A DNA stretch of 64,000 bases, taken from NCBI GenBank assembly GCA_951406725.2, contig OX597840.1, positions 36,518,001-36,582,000 of the forward strand, read 5' to 3'. How positions within the stretch are numbered: position 1 is the first letter of the stretch; each line of letters starts with the position of its first letter. Below, one piece after another: positions 12,665-24,967 of the stretch. The stretch is from Octopus vulgaris (Eukaryota). The notes beneath the pieces were generated by a model. That model saw only the letters and a list, made by a program, of their open reading frames with translations. It was not told where the DNA came from and did not search any database. The translations under genes and the position numbers were made by a program.

Positions 12665-13006
12665 GGTTTTATTGGCCACAAGGGCTAATATAAATTAATA
12701 AACATGAATGGACAAACACAGATGGATAAAAACAAAGGGTTTTGCAAAAAAGAAAGGTCCGTGTAAACATATAAGAGAAATTTAACAAGTAAAAACTCCC
12801 AATGGGGGGGGGGGGGGCGTTTTGAAAGTTCGCTCGTGGAAAAACCCATAAAAGCCATGGGATCCTGGTCAAATGGGGAGAGAGCCCCTTCTTTTATATT
12901 CCTTTCTTCACAGGTGTACTCTCAGAATTGGTCCGGTCATACTGGCCATTATACTGACATTCAACCCACCTTTCAACAAATTTGCTAGGAGTCAACACTT
13001 CCCTCT
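12665..13006 (-). mobile_element. Probable L1/Tx1-like LINE 3' fragment
   Basis: Minus-strand REVLTPSKFVERW resembles a Tx1/L1 ORF2 C-terminus; followed by a UTR ending in AATAAA. Confidence 0.45.
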
Positions 13007-13106
13007 TTATTAGTATTATTATTGGTTTCTTTGGAAACCAATAATAATAATTAATAACAATGATGATAAACGAATAAAAGAAACAAAAGTAATTTTTCCT
13101 GCTTAC

Positions 13107-13151
13107 CTTGTACGAAATGTATTTCCTATTTTCGTAGATGAGATAAACCTC
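13107..13151 (-). CDS. Candidate 45-nt cassette exon of a minus-strand host gene
   Basis: Acceptor TTTCTTATCTATTTACAG and donor AAG|GTAAGC; 45 nt, frame-preserving; open in two frames (RFISSTKIGNTFRT or EVYLIYENRKYISYK); unique sequence. Confidence 0.5.
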
Positions 13152-13396
13152 CTGTAAATAGATAAGAAATTATATTAGAGTGTGTCATTGACGCTGACAA
13201 ATAACACGCATACACACAACCCCTGCCCCGACCCCACCTACACACAAACCCACACCCATGCAGAGGAAGAGACATTGTAGTGAGAACATGGAGTTGACTT
13301 TGTCAACATGTTATCATAGGTTCTATCTCACAGCATAATTAGACCTTGTTTTCTATTGTTGCTTCAAGCTGACTCGGTACCCTTTAAGTGGAATAG

Positions 13397-13480
13397 GGGA
13401 GAAACGGCACAGGGGAGAGACGGCACAGAGGAGAGCCGGCACAGGGGAGAGATGGCACAGGGGAAAGACGGTACAGGAGA
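13397..13480. repeat. 16-bp tandem repeat, about 5 units
   Basis: Unit approximately GACGGCACAGGGGAGA. Confidence 0.85.
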
Positions 13481-13495
13481 CCTTCACACATATAT

Positions 13496-13532
<37 letters not shown>

Positions 13533-13810
13533 CTTTCGTTTCAGTCACTTGATTGTGGCCATGCTGGAGCACTGCCTTTAGTCGAACAAATTGACCCCAG
13601 GACTTATTCTTTATAACCTGAGAACTTATTCTTTTGGTCTCTTTTGCCAAACCACTAAGTTACGGGGACGTAAACACACCAACATCAGTAGTCAATCGAT
13701 GGTGGTGGACACACACACACACATATATATATATATACGACAGGCTTCTTTTAGTTTCTGTCTACCAAATCCACTCAGAAGGCTTCAGTCAGCCCAAGGC
13801 TATAGTAGCC
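13533..13810 (-). mobile_element. SINE family A, 3' portion
   Basis: TTTCAGTCA..GGCCATGCTGGAGCAC..GACCCCAGGACTTATTC..GGGGACGTAAACACACC. Confidence 0.85.
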
Positions 13811-13834
13811 TACACCAGACCCCTGTGACTGCTT

Positions 13835-14199
13835 AGGCAGGCTTTTTACAGCTAGATTCCCTTCCTAACACCAACCACTCAGCAGAGTGGACTTAGTGCT
13901 TTTAATGTGGCACAAGCATAGGCGAGGTCAGTTTTGTGCAAGGTTTTTACAACAGGATGTCCTTCTGAACACCAACCACTTTACAGTGTGGACTGAGTGC
14001 TTTTAAGTGGCACCTGCACCGACAGGGTCACCAAGTACTTGCAAGACAACAACAAAAAACTTTCAAGAGGGAAGTGGGTATTGGAGGAGGTGATCTTGTG
14101 TTGGATGATGACAAGTTAGAGTGAGACAGAAACAGGTGTCTTGCTGTAGAGGAAGTACAAGGTTACCTGGAGAGAGAGAGAGAAAGAGAGAGAGAGAGC

Positions 14200-14265
<66 letters not shown>

Positions 14266-15085
14266 AGGAATAAAGATAGAAACATGTGTGCTACCACAAA
14301 GGAAATATATGGATACCCAACCTGAGGGAAGTGCAGGAGAAGGCGAGAGAGAGAGTGGGATAGAGATGGCGGCAAATGCCAGGCATACACACAAGGGACA
14401 GGGATCAGAATATAAATGGGATGGTTGAGTAATGGAAGAGAAAGATATAGATGGGGGCAAGTGTCAGGGCATAACCTTGAAGTTTGAATGCCATAACATA
14501 TGTGGCAGGATATTGTGAAGGAAGTGTGATTAAAGAGAACGGAGGTGGGGAGTGAGTGGCATAAACCTGGGTATATATAAAGTCGGTGGGTTACTGGACA
14601 GAAATGATACAGAGGAACAAGGGCCATGAGGAGAGGCCGGGGGAGCGAGAGCAAGGTATGGTGTATGAAGGAGGAAATGTGAGGAAGGGAAGAGAGGTGG
14701 AGATGTAGATTGGTTTGTTGGGGTGGGGTGAGGGAAAAGTTTTCTGGTTACGTATGGGTGGAACACATAGGTCGGGTGGGAGGCTAGTGGATAGCAATAA
14801 TACAGTGAGACAAGGAATGTGGGCAAGCAGAGAGCAATGATACAGTGGCACAAGGCCAAGGGGTCAGGATTGGGGAGTGGTGGGGTAAGTATAGTGCATG
14901 AAGCAGAAATGTGAGGAAGGGAAGAGATGTAGAGACATAGTTTAGTTTGTTGTGGTTTGTTGTGTGAGAAGTTTTGTTGAGTGTGGGAGGGACACACAGC
15001 ACTTCTAGAACCCAGATTTGCTGACGTGAGTGGGTCTTCATATCGCAAGACATCTTGGTCCATTGTCATTTCTTCCATGAGGCCC
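13835..15085 (-). mobile_element. Old RTE-related 3' region with long purine-biased UTR and (GA)n tract
   Basis: RTE-tail motifs duplicated at 13840-14020; degenerate C-terminus GLMEEMTMDQDVLRY at ~15040-15085; similar layout at 47035-47740. Confidence 0.55.
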
Positions 15086-15779
15086 ATAAGTATGTATGTG
15101 TGCATGTACACATACATATGTGTGTGTGTGCACATATACGGGTATATACAAATGTACAAGTATACAATATTGTGAACAAGATTTTACCAATTACATTTTT
15201 CTTAATTATTTTTTTTGGTGTGTTTTTCATGTTATTTACCAAAATGGTTAAATAGATCTACTTAGCAGTAATTTAATTTTAATAGACTCGTTCGTAGAAT
15301 CAGACACTTCCAACATACTTTGTATTTCCTCAGCCAACAACAGTCACCACATTCAAAATGGCTCCCAAGAGACAAAAAAAAAAAAAGAAGAAAAAAAAAC
15401 AGCAGTGATAATGAAATATGAAAATATATATATGAAGAAGTAAAGGAGAAAGTAACTGATGGCAGCCCATGTTGAAAGGTCAAGCAGCAACCGTGCAGTC
15501 GACACACAAAGAGCCAAAAGTTGAAAAAAAAAAAAGGAAAAAGAAAGAAGGAAAGAGCCTCCTGAGGCTAATAAAAACTTGCCAGGCACAGATTTTTGAC
15601 AGATGCAATGGAAATGTGCCAGTGACCAGGCTGCAAAAGTGCAGAGAATTTTGGCTAAGAGAAAGAAAGTGTTACAGTTTTTCTTCTTGAACAACGAAAA
15701 CCGTTCTTCCACAATGTAACCACTCTCTCTCTCTCTCTTTGACTCTGGCTCTCTGCAAATGTGTGTGTGTGTGTGTGTG

Positions 15780-16040
15780 TGTGACCTAATGTGGCTAGGG
15801 TGTTGCACTCATGATTGCAGTTTCGATTCGCAGACCAGTGATGGGTTGTATTCTTGAGCAAAGCACTCTATTTCATGTTGCCTCAGTGCACTCAGCTGCA
15901 CAAAGGTAACCCTGTGATGGACACCTGATGTCCTGCTCAAGGAGAATGTTTACCTGCCAATCTCGTCAGTGGAGTGACGTTATTCAAAAGCTACAATAAT
16001 GCAAGGAAGTGCGACCAGTGGTGTATAACAACAACAACTG
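15780..16040 (+). mobile_element. tRNA-derived SINE, family C-related
   Basis: B-box-like GTTTCGATTC; central TTCTTGAGCAA..CAC..TATTTCA.GTTGC..CAG..CACTCAGCTG; (AAC)n tail. Confidence 0.65.
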
Positions 16041-16086
16041 ATAGGCTGGTCGATACAGTGATATATATATATGATATGATATATTG

Positions 16087-16421
16087 AGACCCCCTTCGGT
16101 CATGACTGACCATGGGATTGCACCTAGAAAGTTACCCTCCCAGGCACAAGTCCGGGAAAGGTTGTTTATGGAAGACCAACAGTCGCCCATGCATACCAGC
16201 TTTCCCTCTCCACGCCACCAGTGTTATCCAAGGGAAAGGTAACAGCAAATACAGCTTGGCACCAGTGATGTTGTAACTCATTTCTACAGCTGAGTGAACT
16301 GGAGCAACGTGAATTAAAGTGTCTTGCTCAAGAGCACAACATGCAGCCCGGTCTGGGATTCGAACTCACAACCTCACGATCATAAGCTCGGCACTCTAAC
16401 CACTGAGCCATGCACCTTCAC
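16087..16421 (-). mobile_element. tRNA-derived SINE family C
   Basis: Minus-strand TGGCTCAGTGGTTAGAG A box and GAGTTCGAATCCC B box; copies at 46301-46612 and 42310-42500 (partial). Confidence 0.85.
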
Positions 16422-16450
16422 TAGATATGATATATATATATATATAATTA

Positions 16451-16698
16451 TAATTAAGGGTATCTAAAAGATACCATCATGCTAGAGATGGTATCGACAT
16501 CAAAAATTCATAGAACACCAGGAGAAAAGATAAAAAGACAAACTAAACCAGCAAAAAATAGGATCCAATAATTTTTTGCTATTTTCTTTTGTCTCTTTGT
16601 CTTCTCTCCTGGTGTTGTATGAATATTTGATATGGTTTTAGAGTCAAGTTTTGACTGCTATCTTTAGCATGATGGTATCTTTTAGAAACCCTTAATTA
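16451..16698. mobile_element. Fold-back element next to (TA)n, PLE-like inverted terminus inferred
   Basis: Outer 39-bp arms with 2 mismatches; inner arms continue to a central GGATCCAA loop. Confidence 0.7.
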
Positions 16699-16819
16699 TT
16701 TAATTATAATTTTAATAATAATTATTGCCTATGAAGTTTTTATTCCCACGCCAGCCACTTGATATGATCAGTATTTTAAAAAAAAACATCTTATCCTTAT
16801 TTATATGAATTTATATATA

Positions 16820-18017
16820 TCATCATCATCATCATCATCATCGTTTAACGTCCGCTTTCCGCGCTAGCACGGGTTGGACGGTTTGACCGGGTCTGGGAAG
16901 CCAGGGGCCGCTCCAGGCTCCAGTCTGAATCTGGCAGAGTTTCTACGGCTGGATGCCCTTCCTAACGCCAACCACTCCGTGAGTGGATTGGGTGCTTTTT
17001 ACGTGCCACCTGCACAGGGGCCGGAGGGTCCGGCATCGTCACGATCGGATTCGAGCATTTTAACGTGTCAGCGGCACGGGGGCAACGAGGTCCGGGGTAC
17101 TTTGGGGATTGGGGTATTTTGGGGATCCAGGGTACTTTGGGGATCCGGGGTACTTTGGGGATCCGGGGTACTTAGAATGGGTAGGGGGTACTTAGAATGG
17201 GTAGGGGGTATGTGGAATTGCTGCAGAAAGCAGCCCGGGTCTTTGTAGTCACAGCATATCTCCAGAGATCTCGGTCCTTCGCCATTGCCTCAGTGAGGCC
17301 CAATGCTCTGAGGTCATGCTTGACCACCTCATCCCATGTCTTCCTGGGTCTACCTCTCCCCCTGATACCTTCAACTGTTTGGGAGTGGCACTTCTTCACA
17401 CATCTCTCTTCATCCATCCGCAGCACATGACCATACCATCGCAAGCGTCGCTCTTGCACACCACATCTGATGCTTCTTATATCCAGCATTTCTCTCAGGA
17501 TACTTACACTCTGTTTTGCGTGCACACTGACACTACACATCCAGCGGATCATGCTAGCTTCATTTCTTTCAAGTCTACGCATGTCTTCTGCAGTCACAGC
17601 CCATGTTTCATTACCGTGAAGCATGGCAGTTCGCACACATGCATCATATAATCTACCTTTTGCTCTGAGGGAGAGGCCTTTTGTTGCCAGTAGGGGTAGG
17701 AGCTTTCTGAACTTTGCCCAGGCTATTCGTATTCTAGTGGTGATACTCTCTGTGCATCCACCTCCGCTACTAACTTGGTCTCCCAGGTAGCGGAAACTAT
17801 CAACTACTTCTAGTTTCTCTCCCTGGAGTGTGATGGAATCTGTTTTCTGAGTGTCTGTTGTGTCTATTGTCCCTGTGCATCTGCCGCACATGAAAGCTAT
17901 CTTATCTGTTAATTTCCCTTTAATGTTGCTGCACCTCTTATGTGTCCATAACTTACATTGGGTGCATCTTATGGAGTTTCTACCTGTACCTTTCCTACAG
18001 GTTGAGCAGGGCCACCT
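16820..18017 (-). mobile_element. 5'-truncated RTE LINE with Cys/His finger, RT C-terminus, 3'UTR and (GAT)n tail
   Basis: ORF WPCSTCRKG..CTQCKLWTHKRC..CGRC; FRYLGD; RIRIAWAKF; RRLRWYGHVLRM; RGRGRPRKTW. Confidence 0.95.
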
Positions 18018-18041
18018 ATATATATATATATATATATACTT

Positions 18042-18190
18042 TATATAAAGGCAGCAGAGATATAACAAAAGCTGTTATTTAGAGTTTCATGTTCCTAACA
18101 GTTTTGTTAAATTTTAACAAAACTGTCCGATGAACGGGAACGTGAAACTCTGAGTAACAGCTTTTGTTATATTTCTGCTGCTTTTAAATA
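18042..18190. mobile_element. Fold-back Penelope-like terminus containing a hammerhead motif
   Basis: Arms 18052-18095 and 18138-18180 are reverse complements; central hairpin ACAGTTTTGTTAA-ATT-TTAACAAAACTGT. Confidence 0.75.
18123..18160 (+). ncRNA. Minimal type-I hammerhead ribozyme motif
   Basis: CUGU / CCGAUGA / ACG-GGAA-CGU / GAA / ACUC-U-GAGU / A / ACAG: all three stems pair, GUA cleavage triplet, U4C core variant. Confidence 0.7.
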
Positions 18191-18905
18191 AAGCATTTTA
18201 CTCTACCTCTGGTACCTGAGTACTCTTTTCTCCACTTTGTTTCACATTTGTTATTTCATAATATATATTTGTTAATTCATAATAGAGTATAAAGGATAAA
18301 AATCTCATTAATGTGTTGACGAAGGAAGAAAGCTTATTCTTTGCTTTAATCCTGAAAGTGGAGCCAGTTCACAATTAACGTGAGGTCAGTTTTCAGCTGT
18401 GTGTATATTTAATCTGGAGTTTTTGGTAGTTTTTTGAAGGTCTCGGTACATCAAGCATGCTGAAGACAGGTTGTTTTCACCCTTGTTCCCTTAATTATAA
18501 TTATATGCATATATGTCTATCTGTCTATCTATCCCTCTTTATCAAAGAATGATATGCATGTATGTCATCATCATCATCATCATCACCATTTTATTCCTGC
18601 TTCTAATCCTTGTATTGTATTGATGGACCATCAAGGTATAAATAAATTCAGTTCCTGTCAAGATGGGTTGGAGAAAAGAAGGCAGAAGAGACATGACAGG
18701 AATTCAATGAGTGGGTGAACTCACCTAGATATATTATACACCCGAGCTACACCACCACCACCACCACCACCACCTGAATGACTGTTTTAACATGCTTGCT
18801 TTAGTGAATCGGTCGTTGTCTCCAGCGACGCACGACACAATGTCACGTTTCTGTGTCATCTACAGTAATTTATATATAGAGTGATACATATATATGTGTG
18901 TGTGA

Positions 18906-18944
<39 letters not shown>

Positions 18945-19030
18945 ATAGTTGATAACACACGACTGAAGCACATCCATGACTATTGTCCATGCAAAATGCC
19001 AGCAACACCTGTGCATTAGGTTATTTATAG

Positions 19031-19047
19031 CACCAGCAGATGGCGAC
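19031..19047 (+). promoter_or_regulatory. Candidate CTCF-binding site
   Basis: CACCAGCAGATGGCGAC matches the CTCF core consensus CCASYAGRKGGCR in unique sequence. Confidence 0.45.
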
Positions 19048-20018
19048 ACCCATGTTCGCATCCTTAGTTTCTGCGCTTACTGTGGCGCCCTCCAACTCAA
19101 CTGAGCATGAGAAAGTCACCCTTCAGGCAATTGTGCAACCTAAAATTTTAGACCCTATAAGTCTTGCACAGCACTTCACAGACCCTCTCCATCCTATTGA
19201 CAGGAATTAGAGACAGCCAGTTCAAGACATCCAGTGCCAATGAGGGTTGCAGGCTCAGGAATATGGGAGTGCTTTGATCTCAAGTGCAAGCAAAAAAACC
19301 CCTCACATCTTCAATGCCATTCCCTGTGTATCAGGTTTTATATCAGAATGACCTTTCTCCTGGAGATATGCTAATCATTAATTAGATAGATAATTGCATA
19401 AACACCTTAAAATCTCTGGTTTTGATTGGCTAAGCAAGTACACACACACACACACAACTAAGTCTATACTCACATAGACTGTCTGTCTGTCTATACACAC
19501 TTACACACACAACTCCATAACATATGTATCATCACCAAACTGAAGGGGAGAGAGGAGAAAAAGATGAAAAAATTCTGCCCCTTCTGGGACAGTGGTCAAT
19601 TTAATTGAGAAAATAAATTTTAGGATTTGTTTTTTATTTCATATATCCAGAATGGATGTATATATCAAGTTGTATATCAGTTTGGTTGGTAAAGTAAGTT
19701 AGCATATACATACATCTGCACACACTCACCCTCACTTAGATCTGCCCACAGATGTATACACATATCCATATCTTTATATAGTTACATATATATGTGCATA
19801 CACACACACTATTTGGTGTCATTAACTTGTGGCTTCATGAGTCAAATACAGATACCAGCATGGTGCCGGGCATGACCATCCCGTCTGTAATGTATAACGA
19901 CTGGTAAAGCAGAATGTTGAATACAAGAGGGTCAAAACGGAGTTCCCCCAAAGGATCTGTGGGGTAATGTTACTCGAGAGATCAGGGAGTTGCTTCAGGT
20001 TAAATTGCTTCAGATTAA

Positions 20019-20212
20019 CCCTTTAGCATTTAAACTGGCCATATCCGGCCAAAAGTATTCTGCTTGTTTTATGGTCAAACTGGCCAGATCTGGTCTCTCA
20101 CACCAACCCTACAATACCATCTTTAAAATTAACAGCTACTTCATCAGATTAGTTCAAAACAATGTGAATAAAAAAGCATTAACTTTGGCAGAATAATGTG
20201 AACACTAAAGGG
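20019..20212. mobile_element. piggyBac-type MITE family 2 (internally deleted), inserted in an old LINE fragment
   Basis: TTAA-CCCTTTAG...CTAAAGGG-TTAA; highly similar to 27404-27624; flank carries RGRSRTRWLNNI-like RTE C-terminus at ~20335-20370. Confidence 0.85.
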
Positions 20213-21339
20213 TTAAGTTGCTTCTTCTCTGCATTGAGGAGCTATAGCTGCAGTTCTATAGACAAGGGATTGAAATATTGCAGGGTAGAACTACAAGAGG
20301 GATTCTTCAAGCTGAGCCAACCATTAGAAAACCAAGGGGCAGATCAAGAACAAGATGGTTGAATAATATTCACAGTCTCAGCTGGTGACCCCTAAGGAAT
20401 CCAGCAGGAATATCTAATGATGGTTGCTTCTGATAGGACCCTTTGGAAAAGGTGCCTAAGGAGTCAATCCACATGACCTTCCCATCCAGTAATAGGGGGA
20501 AGAAAAGACAAATGGATGGAATTAACTGGGAGAAAGCATCAAAACATTTACTGATTGTGGAGATTCATTCCTACATTTTGCAGAGCAAAATTTATTGATG
20601 ATGTTCTGTTGACCAGGGCTTGACCAGTTTAAAAGCGTATATCAATAAATTGCTGTCTCTTTTGATCCAAGCCACCTGAGACCACCGCTTGTTGTATAAT
20701 ATAAATCTATTTTTTAAGCAAACTAAAATTAAAACCCACTTTTATCAAAATTTCGTGTTTCAGACACCAGATAAATAATTCTTCATTTTATTTAAAAAAG
20801 CATTTTATTTCAACAAAAATATGCCTCCAAAACCATCAAAAGTATCAAAGCCACACACACACACAACTCTGTGTATGTAAGTATGAGTAACACACAAACG
20901 CAGCCCTATCCATAACACAACTCAACTATTACACTTCCCTACATGCTTGTCAGAGTGATTTCCCCACCACCACCACCACCACCACTACTACTACTAACTT
21001 CACATCGGAGGCAATCCTGCCCTATTTCTTACTAATGCTGACACCAGTCTATATGTAACTTCAATATTTCACCTACTTTGCATTTCCCCTCCCTCCCCCC
21101 ACCCCTGCTACCATCCTGTTACTTATATGTGCTTGATATACTAAAAGAAAAGCTCACAGTTATTTACCAATATTGGAGTGGCAGTACTGGTGGTGGTCGT
21201 GCAGTGGGCGGGGGGGGGGGGGGATACATGAGAGGAAGGATTACTTAAAATATATTATTTTTCATATGCTTAGTGTTGCCTGTGCATGAGTGCATCAATG
21301 CCAACATACATACATTTATATACACACACACACACACAC

Positions 21340-21381
<42 letters not shown>

Positions 21382-22289
21382 AAGAGAGAGATAGAGGCAG
21401 AGAGAGAGAGAGATGCGTGTATATGCATGTGTATATGTATGTCTGTATGTATGTATTATATATGTTTATATGTATATGTGTGTGTGAATATATATATACG
21501 TACACACACATGTATGTATATCTTGTTTCTAATAAAGCCCATAATATGAAATGTGGTGGGAGTTGGGTTAATAGATGACATAAACCTCAGTACGTCACTG
21601 GTATTTTATTTCATTGATGACCCCAGAGGGAGATGAGAGACCAAGTTGACCTTGGCAGGATTTGATCTCAAAATTTGAAAGGGACCCAACAAATGCCCTC
21701 AGTCATAGAGTCCAGTGCCCCACAGATTCTAGCAGTGATTTTTAGGCAGAATTAGGCAAGGGAGGATTGGCCAGTATGTTTGTGTATGAAATATAATTTT
21801 TTTTTACCAAGAATGGCCTAACATGTATGGATAATCCAAGAATGGATTATGGTGTCCATTTAGTCCGTCATGAAGAACATTTCAACAATACATGACTGAG
21901 ATTCATCATGGGCATGAATGATGATTCTGTCACACACTTCGCCATAAAACACAAAATCCTTGTTCATCTCAGTGGTTAATGATTTCTCACATACACACAG
22001 AGTCATCATCATCGTCATCACTGATCACTTTTCCCTGCCTGTATTGGTCAGATGGGTCTTACTGAGGCAGATATTCTATGGCTGGATGCATTTCCTGTCC
22101 CCAACCTTTGCCTATTTCCAGGCAAGGTAATATTTCCACACACACATATTTGCTTTTCCCATTGAACACTGAAAATGAACAACACTGCTTCTATCATGGT
22201 GATGCTTGTTTATAACCTCCATGTGATGTCAAGGGAACACACACACACACATGCACATACATACATATATATAAAATGTAACTACATGT

Positions 22290-22475
22290 GGATTGTTGGC
22301 GACTTTTTTCCTCTGTCTTCCTTTACTCTTGGACTTTCCTCTGTCTCCTGCTTCTGAAGAAGAGCTTTGCTCGAAATATAAAACCACCTTTCTTTCCTTC
22401 CCTGAGAGTCTTATTAATGCTTTGCATGTACCACATCCTTGCATTTTCATTTTTTCTTGTTGCATTTTTTTCTTA
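22290..22475 (+). mobile_element. Penelope-like 3' terminal remnant with degenerate hammerhead motif (22350-22384)
   Basis: CTGAAGA-A-GAGC-TTT-GCTC-GAAA-TATA-AAAC within pyrimidine-rich sequence; same layout as 41518-41555. Confidence 0.55.
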
Positions 22476-22485
22476 TTAATTATAC

Positions 22486-22518
<33 letters not shown>

Positions 22519-23759
22519 TCCACACACAATGGGCTTCCAATTTCCATCTATGAAATTTACTCACAAGACTTTGGTCATCCTGGGGCTGTTGTGCAAGACA
22601 CTTGACCAAGGTGTCATGCAGTGAAACTGAAACATGGTTGGGAAAAGATCCCCAACTATAAAGCCATACCCGGCAAAATAGTTCCCTTTTTCAGGGGTGG
22701 AGAGGGAGAGAGAGAGGGGGTGGGTGGTGATTGTTATTGAAATGCTGTAAGATGCTCATTGTACTGCACCAGTTGCACCATGTGGTTGGTGGGACACCAA
22801 TTTTAATGTTCTTTGGGGGGTTGGCTGGGGTGAAACTGGTTTGGGTAAGGATCTGGAAGTCGGCCAAAACTGTGTCTGAGGGGTTCTTTCCAAGAAGACA
22901 TTCAGATTGGGAAAACTAGTGGACAATTGTCCAAAAGTCCTTCGTCTGGCTGCAGGAATGGACAATTAACTTGTTGTAGATAAAGACTAAAAGCCAAGCT
23001 ATGTTAGAATCACCAGGCAGTGACCGGAATAATAATATTAACGTCGAAAAATATGTTACGAATGAGAGCCCAGGTTCTAAAATTCCTCAAGACACCTGAA
23101 GAAGGCTGGAGGGAATATCAGGGTATATCAGCTGAGAGTCAAAACTATTGAAAAGGTTGCAAGATGCCACGAAAATTTTAGGACAATAAAAATAAGAAAA
23201 ACATGGAAATTTTACTGGTGAGTGTGTTACATAATAAGGCACAAAAAGAAAATGACTCTCCCCAGACACAACAGAATATGCTTCAACACACGAACTCATA
23301 TAAAGAATCTTGCAAACCAAATCGAAAAATGAAAGATGAGGACAGATAGCTGTCAATTGTAAATAATTCCTCATCTCTTAAATATAGAACTGTAATACAC
23401 ACACACACACACACCATTTGAACAGGTGGCTTTCTTTTGGCATCAAACATTTTCTCTTTCTACTCAAACCATTTTTCTCAAATTTTCTTTTCTTTCACCT
23501 AAAACCTTGTCTTGTTTTCTCTTTCCTTCTTCGTTTTACACTTTCTGTTTTTTTCTTTTGCTTTACGTTTCTATCATTTTCCTGCATGAGCTTTCACTCT
23601 TCTGATCCCATTTCATGCTTTTCATTTCCTCTTTGCCTCAAATTTTATTCATGTTCTCCTTGTAATGTTTTATCAGCTTGTAACCTTATGCCTACTCAGA
23701 ATTATTCAGTGATAGTTCTCTAATTGGCCAAAACAACAACTACACACACACACACACAC

Positions 23760-23797
23760 ATGTGTAAATAATATATATATATATATACACATGTATG

Positions 23798-23860
<63 letters not shown>

Positions 23861-23952
23861 ATATATATATATATATACATGTATGTGTATATATATGCAT
23901 GTATGTATATATATATATATATGTATGTATATATATATATGTATGCATGTAA

Positions 23953-23983
<31 letters not shown>

Positions 23984-24190
23984 CTTATGTATATATATAT
24001 ATAGGGAGAGAGAGAGAGAGCGAGAAAGAAAAAAAGACAGATGTTCATATATATATATATATATATACACATACATGTACATTCTGTGTGTGTACACACA
24101 GAAATACATGCATGAATATGTATGTATATACTTATATACAAATGTATATGAATATACGTGTGTGTGTGTGTGTGTGCATGTGTGCATGTA
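23760..24190. repeat. (TA)n/(CA)n/(GA)n compound microsatellite
   Basis: Directly visible in sequence. Confidence 0.95.
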
Positions 24191-24582
24191 GTATTCAGGC
24201 ACGCACACGTTTTGTCAATAACCACCATCAGAAGCTGGACGTTAAAGAAGAGAGAAATAAGAAAAAGTCGAATCACTCCTAAACAGCATCTTTTTACGCT
24301 GAGACGTTTGAGGGAATGTCTAGCACCGATCCATTGTTATTTGATTCCACTTAGCTTTTGGCAAGATCCATTTCAAAACTATTGAATACCTGCTTCAGTT
24401 TACAATTTTGCATTATCAACACCTTTACATGTTAAACAATACAATCATCATCATCATCAACATCTCTCCTAACAATAACAGCATCATCATCATCATCATC
24501 ATCATCATTGCATTGATGATGCTGATGATGATGAGGTTGTTTTTCTTGGTGGAAATCATTAAAAATATTTCACAGATGTATG

Positions 24583-24752
24583 GGTGCAGGAGTGGCTGTG
24601 TGATAAGTAGCTTGGAACCACATGGTTCCGGGTTCAGTCCCATTGCGTGGTACCTTGGGCAAGAGTCTTCTACTATAGCTTCAGGCCAACCAAAGCATTG
24701 TGAGTGGATTCGGTAGACAGAAACAGAAAGAAGCCCACCGTGTGTGTGTGTG

Positions 24753-24789
<37 letters not shown>

Positions 24790-24967
24790 GTATATATGTT
24801 TGTATGTGTGTGTGAGTGTTTGTTCCCCATCCCCACTTAGTGGTTCGGCAAAGGAGATCAATAGAATAAGTACTAGGCTTACAAAGAATAAGTCCTGTGG
24901 TTGATTTGTTTGACTAAAGGCGGTGCTCCAGCATGGCCACAGTCAAATGACTGAAACAAGTAAAGGA
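24583..24967 (+). mobile_element. SINE family A, near full length
   Basis: GGTGCAGGAGTGGCTGTG head; GGGTTCAGTCCC B box; internal (TA/TG)n; tail GGTGCTCCAGCATGGCCACAGTCAAATGACTGAAACAAG. Confidence 0.9.
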
